Assembly: GCA_025201805.1 (NCBI GenBank)
Contig: MU619383.1
Span: 3,968-67,967 of the forward strand
Source: Parasitella parasitica NRRL 2501
Lineage: Eukaryota; Fungi; Mucoromycota
Length of the DNA stretch: 64,000 nt
Direction of reading: 5' to 3'
Shown piece by piece: positions 11,665-24,149 of this stretch; the stretch's first letter is position 1, and every line of letters starts with the position of its first letter. A model generated the notes under the pieces. That model made no database searches. It saw only the letters and a program-made list of their open reading frames with translations, and was not told the origin of the DNA. The translations under genes were made by a program, and so were the position numbers.

Positions 11665-11953
11665 AATTTATAACTGGATATAACAAAAAGAAGAAGGGAA
11701 TATGCGTTTTGTCTCTTTTTTATGTCAAAGAACTATTGCTGACTCGAGATTTACGTTAATATATCGTCATGGAAACTTAGTGTTCTTTTTTCCGGGAAAA
11801 AGTTTGCGATGATTTATGCATGAGATCATACTAATTTAAATGTTGTATATAAAAGAACCCGTCTTTCAGGATTTCTTTTTTCTCTTTCTTCCATAACAAA
11901 TTTAAAAAATTCTCGAATTATTCTTTATTATACCGTATCTAACTAGTAGAGCA

Positions 11954-14945
11954 ATGAAAAACCAGCAAGCGAAACAACAAGAAGCAGCAGCAGCTGCTGC
12001 CCGAGCAGCTGAGGATCAAAAGCAAACTACTCAAGAGCAATCTAACCAAGGCCAAGAAGCACAAAAAGCTCAAAAGTCTCAAAATAACAATCAAGAACAA
12101 ACACAGGGTCAACAAGAACAAGGTGATGATCAAACTGATAATAGCAAAGATCAAGATTCTGAGCAAGAACAACAAGAGCAAGCTGTCTCTGATGAAGAAG
12201 AATCTGATGAAGAAGACGAGTCCGATGAAGATGAAGAAGAAGGTGATGATGATGACCTCGAAGAATTGTATCGCCTCATGGTCGGAAAGAGAGTCAATAA
12301 AAGTGGTCTAGTCGTCGACAAGAAATCAGGCACTGTTCTAGGCAAAATTGTTGAAGGCAAGGTTAAAAGAATGTCAGGCAAGAAGGTCCGTGACAATGGT
12401 GAAGTCTACAATGACAAGGGAAAGCTCATTGGCCGTGTAGAGCCAATTCAAGAAGACAGCGATGATAGCGATGAAAGTGATGGCTCGGACAACGATCAAG
12501 AAGAAGTTTTTGCTAACGAAGAGCAAGAAGGTACTGTATTGCAGAGCTGTTTCCCTAATTTAGTAATCTTGCCTAATTCATTCCCAATCTGTAGATGTCG
12601 CTGACACCATCAAGGATAATAAGGTTGCCCCTGAAAATGATGTCAAAGCTGCAGATGACGAAAATGACAGTAACTCCAATGATAAGGCTGAAACTGCACA
12701 GGATACTGTTAAAGACTTGGAGAGCGGCGCTGAAGACAAAGCTAATGATATGCAAGATCCCAATGTTACGGAAAGTGATATTGAAGACGAGGTGAATGAT
12801 GCCAATGACGTTAGCAAAAACATAGCAAGCGATGCCAAAGATACTTCTGATGATACACAAGAACGAGGAAGCAACCAATATGATGAAAGCAGTGTTGAAG
12901 ATATTCAAAGTGGAGATAATAAAGATGATGGAGAAGAAGATAATGATGAAGAAGTAGAAGAAGAAAAACCTTTCAATCCTTATGACCTAGTTGATGAAAA
13001 CTCTCCTGAGGTTCGTAAATCTGGCAAGGTCGTTGACATGGAAGACAATGTCATTGGCACTGTTAATAAGAGCATGGCACCTAAGTTAGATGGCTTCAAG
13101 GTCGACAAAGACGGCAATGTTATCAACCATGAAGGCCATATTGTCGCCAAGGCTGACCTATACCAACCTCCTGCTGAACAAGAAGAGGAAAAGCCGTTCA
13201 ATCCCAACGAAAATGTTAATGAAGACTCGCCGGAAGTTCGTAAGTCTGGCAAGATTGTAGACATGGAAGATAACATCGTTGGTGCTATTGATAAAGAGCA
13301 AGCTCCTAAATTTGTTGGTTTCAAAGTTGATCCTCAAGGAAATGTTATCGATAATGAAGGCCATATTGTTTCCAAAGCTGATCTCTACACAATTGAAGAA
13401 GAAGAGGATAAAGAAGAAAAGCCCTTTAACCCCAACGAAATGGTCAACGCTGATTCTCCCGAGGTTCGCAAGTCTGGAAAGGTTCTTGACATGGATGATA
13501 ATCTCGTCGGGTATGTTGACAAGCGCGTCGCTGCTAAACTTGCAGGCATGAAGGTCGACGAAGACGGTAATGTGGTCAATAGCGATGGCCATATTGTTGG
13601 AAAAGCTGATATGATCAAACCTGAAGCTGAGGAAGAAGAGCCCAAGGAAGAAGAAAAGAAGCCTTTTAATCCCAATGAAAATGTTAATGAGGACTCTCCC
13701 GAAGTGAAAAAGTCTGGCAAGATCCTTGACATGGATGATGAAGTTGTTGGCCATATTGACAAAAAACTTGCTGCTAAATTTATTGGCTTCAAGGTGGATC
13801 CTCAGGGCAATGTTATTGATAACGATGGCCATATCGTTGCTACTGCCGAAATGATTCAAGTGGAAGAGGAGCAGAAGCCATTCAATCCAAATGAGGCCGT
13901 TGATGAAAATTCTCCCGAGGTCAAGCGATCTGGCAAGGTAGTTGACATGGATGATAACATTGTTGGCTCTGTTGACAAGCATCTTGCCCCCAAGCTGGCT
14001 GGCTTCAAGGTTGATGACAATGGCAATGTTATTGACAATGAGGGCCACATTGTTGCCAGAGCTGAAATGATTCCTCACGAAGAAGAACTAGACCCCAACA
14101 AGCCATTCAATCCTAATACCATGGTCGATGAACATTCTCCTCGTGTGAGAAAGTCTGGCAAGGTGGTTGACGAAGATGACAATATCGTCGGTGAAGTTGA
14201 TAAAAGTTCTGCACACAAATTGGCTGGCTTCCCGGTGGATGACGATGGTAACATCATTGACAATGAAGGTCATACAGTTGGTAAAGCCAAGATGTACGAC
14301 AAGAAGACTGAAGAGCAGCTCAAAGAAGAAGCTGAAGAAGAAGAATACCGCAAAATTGCTGATCAAATGTCGCAATCCATTCAAATCTCCTTGGACAAGA
14401 TCAAACCTGTTTTGAAGAACATTACCGACTTGATCGACGAAGAAGAAGCCAAGCCTCAAGAGGAACGTGATGAACAAAAGTTGGTTGATACAGTCAAGCC
14501 ATTGATTGAGCAAGGTTCTGCTATTCTGGAGGAATGTAATGGTGCCATTCGTGGTCTTGATCCCTCTGGAAGGATTGCTAAACAGGCTCAGGCCAAGACC
14601 TCAGCAAGAAAGGCTTCTCCTGAAGAATATCATTTGGCTGACCTTTTGGCTCAGCTGTCTGGCGATGTTAGCACCGCTATTGACAGGGCAAAGAAGAAGA
14701 TACGAAGCATGCCTCATGCCAAGAAGGAATTGAGTCCCTTGTGGAATATCTTGCAAAGCCCTCTGCTTCAAATCCTCTCAGCTGTTGGTCTTTTGTTGAC
14801 TGGTGTATTGGGTCTTGTTGGCAATATCTTGAACGGCCTCGGTCTTGGTTCCATCATCAATAGCTTGTTGGGCGGTATTGGCCTCAACAAGATTCTCGAA
14901 GGTTTCGGCTTAGGTGATGCTCTAAAGTTGGGCAGAAAGAAATAA
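11954..14945 (+). CDS. Cluster gene F: 975-aa DUF3659-like repeat protein with helical C-terminal domain (DUF6987-like) and Gly/Leu hydrophobic tail (intron 12531-12594)
   Basis: A GTACTG...GTAG intron joins ORF 11954 in frame to ORF 12717. One N-terminal VNKSGLVVD...GKIVEG...VIG-type repeat plus six ~75-aa KPFNP...SGKVVD...GNVID.EGHIV repeats. Family names are from recall, not a search. Confidence 0.88.
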
Positions 14946-15281
14946 TCATTTTGTAAATAATACTGTAGTATACTCTATTCAAAAGCTTGTTGCAACCACA
15001 TTTGCCCAAAATCATTTGAAACTCTGTAACGCAACATTGCCTTGATTTTGATTAAAAATCGCAATGATATCTTACTACATACTGCGCATTTATCATAAAG
15101 CAAATATCTTATTTACGTGATAATCTTCCTTTATATTCTATGGATGGCTGTTGCATGAAGCTGTGCAGTAACGTACACATTTGACAACGTTTCGGAAGGA
15201 CTGCTTTGCATTTGACTAAATTGACAAGCGAAAAGCGAAAAGGCATCCTTCGTTATTTTTTCTTTCCTTCTTTTATCCATA

Positions 15282-18200
15282 ATGCTTCGATCAAAATCAT
15301 TTGTAAAACGTACTCGCAAGGGTAATGTTGTCAAGGTTGTCAAAGAGCATTATTTGAGAGACGACATTCCATGTTCATCAGAAATCTGCAAAGTTTGCAG
15401 CAAGACTTCCGTACCAATCCTCTCGAACACACCTAAAGGAACTAGCAAATTCAAGCCTCATTACCTTATCCCTGATACCAACGTCTTTATCAGTCAGGTA
15501 TGTAAAACAAGTCCATGCTTCAAATAACACAATGAAAAAGACGACTCACCCACTCGTAAATTAGCTCGACATCATGGAGCATCCTGCAATCAAAGATGTT
15601 ATCGTTTTGCAGACTGTTAGAGAGGAAATCCGTCACTTGAGCCTGCCCGTGTACAACAGATTGAACACTATCTTGGCTGACAAAACCAAGCGTTTTTACA
15701 TGTTTGCCAACGAGCATCAGCGGTAAAGTACCAGACTGAAAATTGCTGTATTGCGATCTTTGTCTTCTAATTTTTAAATAGAGATACATTTATCGAGAAA
15801 CTAAAGGGAGAGACACCTAACGATAGAAACGATCGAGGTAGGTATCCAGATTCCACTAATTTCTAGGAATGTTGCATTGACTTGTTTTCAATTATTAGCT
15901 ATTCGAGTAGCCACAAAGTGGTTTATGGATCACTTGAAAGCCAATTCTTCGGGCGAGGATGTCGATGTGATCATGTTGAGTGATGATCGTGGAAACAGAG
16001 ACAAAGCTAAGGCTACTGGAATCAAAACTTGTGGAGGTAAAAAAAAATCGATCATCAATTTTTTGATGGATTCTGATTTAAAATTTGACTCTCATATAGT
16101 TACCGAGTATGTTGACAGTATCAAGGATACGCCTGAATTATTGGATATGGTTTCTGCACCAAAGGCAGCTGCTGGCGAGAAAGTTGTATACGAAGAGGTA
16201 TGGCTACATTTTACTGCATAGTCTCAAACTAACCGATTTACTCTGTATACATAGCACCTGTCACCAGCACAGATCCAGAATGGCATCAAAAAGGGATCAC
16301 TCATCCAAGCACCCTTTAATGTCAGTGTTCACAATGTCCAAGAGGTTAATATTCACTTTATATGTTTCTAAAAAGGAAGTCAACGGTGTTAATAAATGTA
16401 AATAGGCCACTGTCGTTGGAGAAGTTGAGGGCGAGGTCAAGACCATCTTTATTTTAGGTCGCAAACACTTCAACCGCTGTATCCAGGGCGATATTGTTGC
16501 TGTAGAGCTTTTACCAAAGAGTGAATGGAAGCGGGGAGCTTCCGTTGCCATTGAAGAAGAGGATGACGATGAGGAAAAGATGTTTGGTGAAGAGGAAGTA
16601 ATTGTTGATAAAATGACAGAAAATGACACCCCTGTTGAACCTACTGGCAAGGTAGTTGGTATCATTCGTAAAAAATGGAGACCGTAAGTTTAGATTTTGC
16701 AAGAAGGTATAAATGGGATAGTCAAAAATTGACGTTTTTTACATAGCTACTGCGGCTTCATCGTGAAAAAGACTGTACCCAAGAATACCGCAAGTGGGCC
16801 CGTAAATGTCATTTTTCGTGCTATGGATAGACGCATTCCTCCCATCAAGATCAAGACATCACAAGCACATACTTTGGTAGGCAATCGTATTGTGGTATCA
16901 ATTGATAGCTGGCCTACCACTTCAAGGTACTGCGGGATATCAGACAATACATGTAATTTTTCTTAACGTCTGGCTCCATTATTCACATAGTTTCCCTATG
17001 GGCCATTTTGTCAAAACATTGGGTTCTTCTGGCGATAGAGAAACTGAGACTGAAGTTTTACTGCTAGAGCATGATGTTCCCTATCAAGAATTCTCTCAGC
17101 GTGTGCTTGAGGATCTTCCTGTGGAAGGAGACCAATGGGTTGTGCTCGACAAGCATTTGACACAAGAAAATAGACGAGATTTTAGAGATTTGGATATTTG
17201 TAGCATTGATCCACCTGGATGTACTGATATTGACGATGCTCTTCATGCTCGTGTTCTTCCCAACGGTAATTGGGAAGTGGGTGTCCGTAAGTTGACTACA
17301 TCGAATACTGATGTCTTTTAGTTGAATACTGAGCTTTATTTTGTAGATATTGCAGATGTTACCTATTTTGTTAAACACGGTATGCCAATGGATGTAGAGG
17401 CTGCTTCGCGTGGCACATCTGTCTATTTAGTCGATAAACGTCTCGACATGTTGCCCTCACTTCTGGGTACCAGTAAGTATACGAATTATTTGGCTAGAAA
17501 TCATCAATTTTTGATTGTTTTCCTTTTTTTTTTTTTTTTTTTTTTCAATGTAGATTTGTGCTCGTTGAGATCCAACGTCGAACGTTTAGCCTTCTCCTGT
17601 GTTTGGGAAATGAACGAAAATGCCGAGATTGTCAGCGTCGACTTTACAAAGAGCGTTATTCGATCCAAACACTCCTTCACTTATGAGGAAGCACAAACTC
17701 GTATTGACGATGAGCGTATGCAGGACTCCATTACCAAGGGCATTCGTGTATTGAACAAATTTGCCAAGATTCTTCGACAAAAACGTATGGAAAATGGTGC
17801 CTTGACGTTATCATCGCCTGAAGTTCGTTTCAATTTGGAGAATGATTCACAAGATCCTGTAGATGTTGAAATGAAGGAGCTGAAAGAGACCAACGCACTG
17901 GTGGAAGAGTTCATGTTGCTGGCAAATATCTCTGTAGCCAAAAAGATATATTCCAAATTCCCTAGCTCTGCTATGCTTCGAAAGCATCCTGCCCCTCCTA
18001 CTAACAATTTTGATTCTTTACGTCAAATCCTCATGGAAAAGGGGTTTATTTTAGAAACGGAAACTTCAAAAGCTTTAGCTGATTCATTAGATAAGGCTGT
18101 TGTAAGTTCATTGTCACTGTTATCTGAATGAATGAATAGCTTGATTTTACTCATTTCATTTACATTCTAGATTCCTAAGGACCCTTATTTCAACAAACTG

Positions 18201-18929
18201 GTCCGTATCATGACAACCCGTTGTATGATGCAGGCTCAATATTTTTGCTCAGGCACGGAGATCGAGTCAGAATTCCAGCATTATGGTTTGGCTAGCCCCA
18301 TTTACACACATTTCACATCCCCTATCCGTCGTTATGCAGGTACGTCAAACTGTCATGTCTTTAAGCGCCTGTATTCAATCTAGTTTTTAGACGTTATTGT
18401 CCACCGTCTCTTACAAGCCTGCATCAAACCCGACCTTGAATACGGTGCAGAGTTGATCGATACACTTAGGATGAAGGAATTATGCGATAATCTCAATTTC
18501 CGCAACAGAATGGCTCAGCAGGCAAGCCGCAGTTCCGTCGAACTGTTTACCAGTCTTTACTTTAGAAACAAGACTGAGGTAGAAGAAGGCCGTATCCTTC
18601 GCGTTCTGAAGAATGGTATTATTGTGCTTGTACCTAAATATGGCATCGAAACAATTGTATATACATCCTTATCAGCCGATGGGCCATCACCGTTCACCTA
18701 TGACGAGGAGGCTAAATCGCTTGTTGCTGAAGACATTGTACTAAAGACATTTGATTCTGTTAAGGTTGAGATTACTGTAGAAGGCGACGCAGATGGCATG
18801 CGTCAAAAGATGAATATGAGATTGGTAGAGCCATTTGTTGAGGGCGTTAGTGTTGTACCCTCATCAACAACAAAAAGACCCAACACGGGTGATAATACAG
18901 AAAATACTGCTAAAAAGTCGAAAAAATAA
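15282..18929 (+). CDS. DIS3: Exosome catalytic subunit Dis3/Rrp44 (multi-exon)
   Basis: N-terminal [26 protein letters not shown] motif PDTNV, RNB motif [15 protein letters not shown], and [11 protein letters not shown]. Confidence 0.96.
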
Positions 18930-19238
18930 CTATATTTATAATAATAAATGATTCCTTTATTTCAATAAAAAAAAAAAGTTATATATAAAGAAGTTGAGAT
19001 TGAGATTGAAGCATAACTAGATAAAACGATGCAGAGAAGGAATGTTGAATGATTATATTTATAATGAACTATGAGAGGGGGGTGGATTGTGGTTTGTGAA
19101 GGGGGAGGGGGGGAGGGGAGAGGATCAAAAAAGAGCAAAACAAAAAGAAGGGTGATATATTTGAAATGTGATTGTTGTTGGCATATAGATAAAAATGGCA
19201 TAAGTAGGCATATGAAAGTGTATACGTATAAATAAAAC

Positions 19239-20222
19239 TTAAATGAACTGAGGCATATAATCCGCAATAAAAGTTGCTGCTAATGGTGAAGACACAGGTT
19301 GATTGTAATACTGGCCTGAAAGAACAACAGGGTCATTCATATATAAACTGTCTAGCGAAATAGGTGACCCAGCTACTGTAGAAGCAGAGCAAGATGCTGT
19401 TAATGGTGGTGTTTGCTGTAAATATGGGTTCATCATTTCCAAGCTAGTGGCATCATAAGAGAAATTCCTCTTGAATGGCTGCTGCATAGGTGACACATTA
19501 CTGCTACTGTTATCCTTTGATAGTAAAGAGGGCGACCAAGATGGCGATAAATAACTTGCTTGTGGTTGATTAAGTGCTGCCATGGTGTTAATGTGTTGAT
19601 AGTGATGCATGATGGGACATGATTTGCGTCTCATTTCGTAGGAAGAGGATGCAGCAGCAACAGCAGCAGCCGTGGTTGCAACAGTACGAACATTTTCATT
19701 CAATTGCCATGCTGACCAGTCTGGCTCTTCTTGAACAAAATTGTTTGTAAAGAATTGCGAGAATAGAATGGAAGATTGATTTAAATCACTGCTGTTCAAA
19801 GGCGTGTCGATTGCATCCATGTCTTTGTAATGTTCTTTTTGCTCTGCTAGCAACAGAGTTGGCTCTTGCTCCACTTCAATTTTTGAGCTGGGTTTTCTTT
19901 TAGATTGCTTTGCTTTTGCTCTTCGGTTTTGGAACCAAATCTGTACACCACGAGGTGTCATTTCAAGTTTTTGGGCCAAAATGCGGCGGATAGCAGCACT
20001 TGGCTTTGGGTTCTCAGTGTATGACTTCTCAAGCACTTTCAGTTGCGCGCGGGATGTTCTGCGTCGATGTTTTATTTCGAAAGGATTATAAAATGTTGGG
20101 CGAAAATCACCGTGTGGATATTGATGAAATGTTTCCAAGAGATAGTTGTCATCGGATTTAGGAGTTTGTGTAGGCGATACTGCAAACGATTGTTCAAAAG
20201 GCTGCAATGAATCCAATGTCAT
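19239..20222 (-). CDS. Homeobox transcription factor
   Basis: KHRRRTSRAQLKVLEKSY...RGVQIWFQNRRAKAK homeodomain. ATG at 20222. Confidence 0.93.
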   Translation of the reverse strand: MTLDSLQPFEQSFAVSPTQTPKSDDNYLLETFHQYPHGDFRPTFYNPFEIKHRRRTSRAQLKVLEKSYTENPKPSAAIRRILAQKLEMTPRGVQIWFQNRRAKAKQSKRKPSSKIEVEQEPTLLLAEQKEHYKDMDAIDTPLNSSDLNQSSILFSQFFTNNFVQEEPDWSAWQLNENVRTVATTAAAVAAASSSYEMRRKSCPIMHHYQHINTMAALNQPQASYLSPSWSPSLLSKDNSSSNVSPMQQPFKRNFSYDATSLEMMNPYLQQTPPLTASCSASTVAGSPISLDSLYMNDPVVLSGQYYNQPVSSPLAATFIADYMPQFI

Positions 20223-20929
20223 ATTTATATGTGTATTTATATGAAGAAATAAAAAAAAAAAAAGAAGAAGAAAAGAAATCAATGATCCTAGGGAAGAGGG
20301 GATCTCTTTTTTATATATAAACAGAGAAATTCCAACGATAAACTACATGGATAAATGTCAAGTTACTATATAGACAATATGTATAGGTTTTTATCCGAAT
20401 TCAGGATAGCGTCTTTTGTCCCCTTGAAGGAGTTGCTGATGATTCCTTGACTTCACTTGTACCTGGATGCAAAATGTCATTTAACTTTCCAAAAAATAAA
20501 AAACTAGCATGGCCCTAAATGTAAAGTTATATTAGAAAATGATGGTATAACATGTATACATGTTTATCTCTTTTTTCTCTCTCTTCCCCTCTATCTCATT
20601 CTTCCGTTTCTGTATCTCTGTCTCGCTCTAATTCTATCGCCCTTTCACTGTTGGTCTAGTTAACATCATTGGTATGCAATGCGTCCTAGTTTTTTTGTCT
20701 GATGATATGCGCGCCAGTTGACGATCGAACGGGCAATCCTTCTCATAAGCTAAATATACAAATTTGCTCATTGAATGCCATAATTTAAATCAAAAAGGAA
20801 AATTTGAAAAAAGGAGTGATTCATACTGCTGTCGCAAAATGTGCACAGTTGATGTGTATTTCAATACAGACTAGTACAGTAGCATCTTGCTCAAAGGAGG
20901 GTTTTTATTTATTTATTGACATGTACATT

Positions 20930-22968
20930 TTAATTCTGTTCGTTGACATATCTACTAGCAATGCCAGATAGGCCTTCCTGAACATCGGTTGCTTCATCTT
21001 GACCAATATTAGCTTCTAGTCCTTTATAAGTTCTATTCTGGAAATACTCTCCTACCAATCAAATATTAACAAAAGGGGAGACAACCATTGACACTGCAAT
21101 TATTACCTGCAGTGCTATTTAGAAGCCGAGCTATGCTATCATCCTTGCTTCTTAAAGTCAAACCTGTCAACGTACTTGTCAATAATTCGCTTGAATCTAA
21201 ATCAGACAGTGAGAAAATGAGCATTCTAGCGATGCAAACTTGCAAAAATGTACCTGAATTGCATTGGCCAGTAATTAAGGAGGAATGAGGTTCCCCATCA
21301 CTGGAGGCATCTTGATCTTGTTCCTACGAATTTGCGTTAATTTGGTAGCTCAGCATAATTTTTTAATCAGGTCAAACCTCATCGTAGCTAAATCCATCAG
21401 TGCGTAATTGAGGAAGCAGCATTGAGAAATCAGTAATATAGTCCCCAACCCATTCCATATCCCTGTCGCACTGATAAGTTCGATTGATGCATACTAATTT
21501 TTTTTTTTTTAATAATACCTGATAAGTGCGATTTCAAGTTCAAATGGGGTTACCATTGGGCGGCAAAACTCCTAGTCATTTTCTTCAGTTGTGAGTGTCT
21601 TCCCCTGCTTTTTGTGAAATTATAACATACCTTGGAATCAATCAAACTATTTTCAGGACAAGACACTAATACAAAACAATCTATTTCCATAAAATTTGCC
21701 ATTTTATATGCATTCAATTTGCCCATCACGAAGAAGTACGATTTTCTGCCTGATGCTTTGATAATTTTCTTTATGTGATCAATAATGTTCATGTAAGAAG
21801 CTGTTGAAAACATAGTGTGTATAAGTCACATGCTGCTGTCAATTTGCCAATGCAACTTACCCACACCCAAAGTTCCAACCACAATACCAATAGTTTCAGC
21901 ATCTTTGACCGCTTGTAACAGGGCATACCTTTTCATCAACAACCTATTCACCTGCACAGATTCTTTCCTTGCTTCTTTTGTCTTGGGATTGTAAGTAAAG
22001 ACAGGGCATTTGTTGTGGACCATCATGATATTGGTCAATGTCAAGCTTTCTTTTCCAATAAAGAAAATGGAGCATGATTCCATAGGAATTCCTTCAGGAA
22101 GCTCAAAATAACGGCCCCCCTTCTTTTTCTCTGTCATTAGATTCTCAACATCAGCATGAGTTGCTGGTGCGAGAATGGAGGATGCATTGTCCTCTTCATT
22201 GAAGGCATCTTCGAAATCACGATCGCATTTTCCACAGCAAGCTTCTCCGTTTTTCTTTCTTTCTTCATGCCCTGTAAAGCCACCATGTGATAACGACGAT
22301 GAAGGCGATGTTGATGAAGGTGGTGTTGATGAAGGTTTGTTGAGCATGTGCTGCAAGTTTGATTCTGTTTGGATAACCGTGGGGATAATATGCTGATAGG
22401 CTTTAGCTAATTCAGCTGTCAAACTCTCCGTGCAATGAGCATATTCAACGTCGCTCATGATGATAACAGGCTGTGATAAATCGGGAAATAGCATCTGAAA
22501 TTCCTTTTTGCACTGCTCCAAGTCAATGGATTGCCGACCAAATACATACAGTACAGGAGAACGAGATGTTCTATTCAAGAGTTAAATGTCTAGGCTACAA
22601 AACAAAGCAAAGCGTACTTACGGGCTCAAACATGATCGGCCGTAATGAACGATTAAATCGGCATTGACATGCTCAGCAGCCACTTCATCCACACAACAGC
22701 TGCCATAAGACGTATCTGCCAGCACAAAGATTTCTTGCCCTGTCTTTTCCACAAGCTCCTTGGCTACATGGGCAGCGTCCGCTAAATATTCGTCTGGAAA
22801 TTGAAGTGCAATGCGCTTGTAATTGCCTTCCTTGATACGAGCAACTGTGCGATTAATTTCGTACAGCTCTTGAATATGTTCATGCTTTTTGCTCTTGGTT
22901 TCAATTTGTCTCTGGATTACTTTTTTATCATCGCTAGCAAGATCGGTTGGCTCACTTGCAGTTGACAT
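20930..22968 (-). CDS. DPH2: Diphthamide biosynthesis protein 2 (multi-exon)
   Basis: [49 protein letters not shown] and LVSCPEN; C-terminus GLSGIASRY. Confidence 0.92.
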
Positions 22969-23179
22969 GATTTGCAGATTGTTTTGTTAATGTAAGCGAT
23001 GAAGAAAAAATTTCAAAAAAAGCTCTTTTGGGGCCTGCAGGTGACTCCTTTCTGAAGGTTGTTGCAATGATTGAAACATTCGAATTAATATAAAAGAGCA
23101 CAAATTTTAGCACAATATATATACATTGGAGCTTTACCAAAATATTTATCATATCTTGTCTATCGGGATACATACAATT

Positions 23180-23800
23180 TATCATATCTCTTGGATCTCA
23201 TTATTATTAAAAACCATTATGTAACAAACGATTACTTTTATTATCTGTGCAAATAAATTGGGTAATTTTAATTGATGCCTTTGCTTGAGCGGAATAGCCA
23301 CTGGGACGACCAAGGTCCAGCTATCAAACTTGGTGTGTTCTTTACTTTTGCTTCTACCCATGTCGTCAGCAAACAGATTAAGAGGGACATCATTCACAGG
23401 CATATACTTTTCCCCAGGGAAATTGCCATTGGAAGGCTTTTTGAATCTCCAGAAATAACAGATCTGCCGAAAAAAGAAGCCTGATAACCTAACAAACGAT
23501 GTTGCTAATTCGCAATTGATGGCCAATCAATGAATTGATATGATTCCCGTTGATCAGAAATTACTTCTTGAATAGACGCAATCGTAATGGCAACTGGTCG
23601 AACATGTGCATGAATACAAAAACTGTTCTCACCTTGGCTCATTTACTTCGAAAGCTTCTGCCATAAGATCTTCTCTTGATTGGCCATAAAGACACACACG
23701 AACAGCATACTTTTTGGGCTTGCCCCGAGTTTCAAAGGAAAACCTCATACAAAAGGATCATATTTACTCTTGAACAATATCTCTAACAATAAATTGAACT
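23180..23800 (-). pseudogene. Decayed DNA-transposase fragment (CMC/EnSpm- or Plavaka-like)
   Basis: VPLNLFADDMGRSKSKEHTKFDSW resembles the fungal transposase motif PxxLFSDDTSGNxSKK. Frames are broken. Confidence 0.5.
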
Positions 23801-23855
23801 ATATAGAGCAGACTCATTTGCAGTTGAAAGGAGAGATAGAGAAGATGGCGTCGTA

Positions 23856-24149
23856 AAAAAGTGTAAAAACAACAATAGATACAATTCAATTCCTTCTTTA
23901 TTTCGGAAATAGGATAACGTGCAAACGTTAGACATTTCTGCTCTATTTATATTCGTTTTTGTAAACGGTCTGTCAGTCCGTTATGCCGTAACTGTCAGTC
24001 GGACCAAGTTAAAGTTTGTCTGTATTTGATTTCACATAACCAGGTACGGTATTCTAATACTGGTGTTCCTCACACATTTGTAAATAATATGCGTACACCA
24101 GCCCCTACATTGGTCTATGTGTCCCAAGTGCGGTTTGCGATTCGATTTC
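23856..24149 (+). repeat. ~250-290 bp dispersed repeat, copy 2
   Basis: Matches 63477-63742 and the reverse complement of 1458-1707. Confidence 0.8.

Noticed and set aside
12980-14513. Several antisense ORFs over gene F (and similar ones over genes A-E)
   Set aside because: Shadow frames of the repetitive or low-complexity sense genes.
19239-20222. Homeobox gene as a mating-type locus or as regulator of the cluster
   Set aside because: The Mucorales sex locus is an HMG gene flanked by TPT and RNA helicase genes, none of which is here. DIS3 separates the homeobox gene from the cluster, and there is no evidence of a link.
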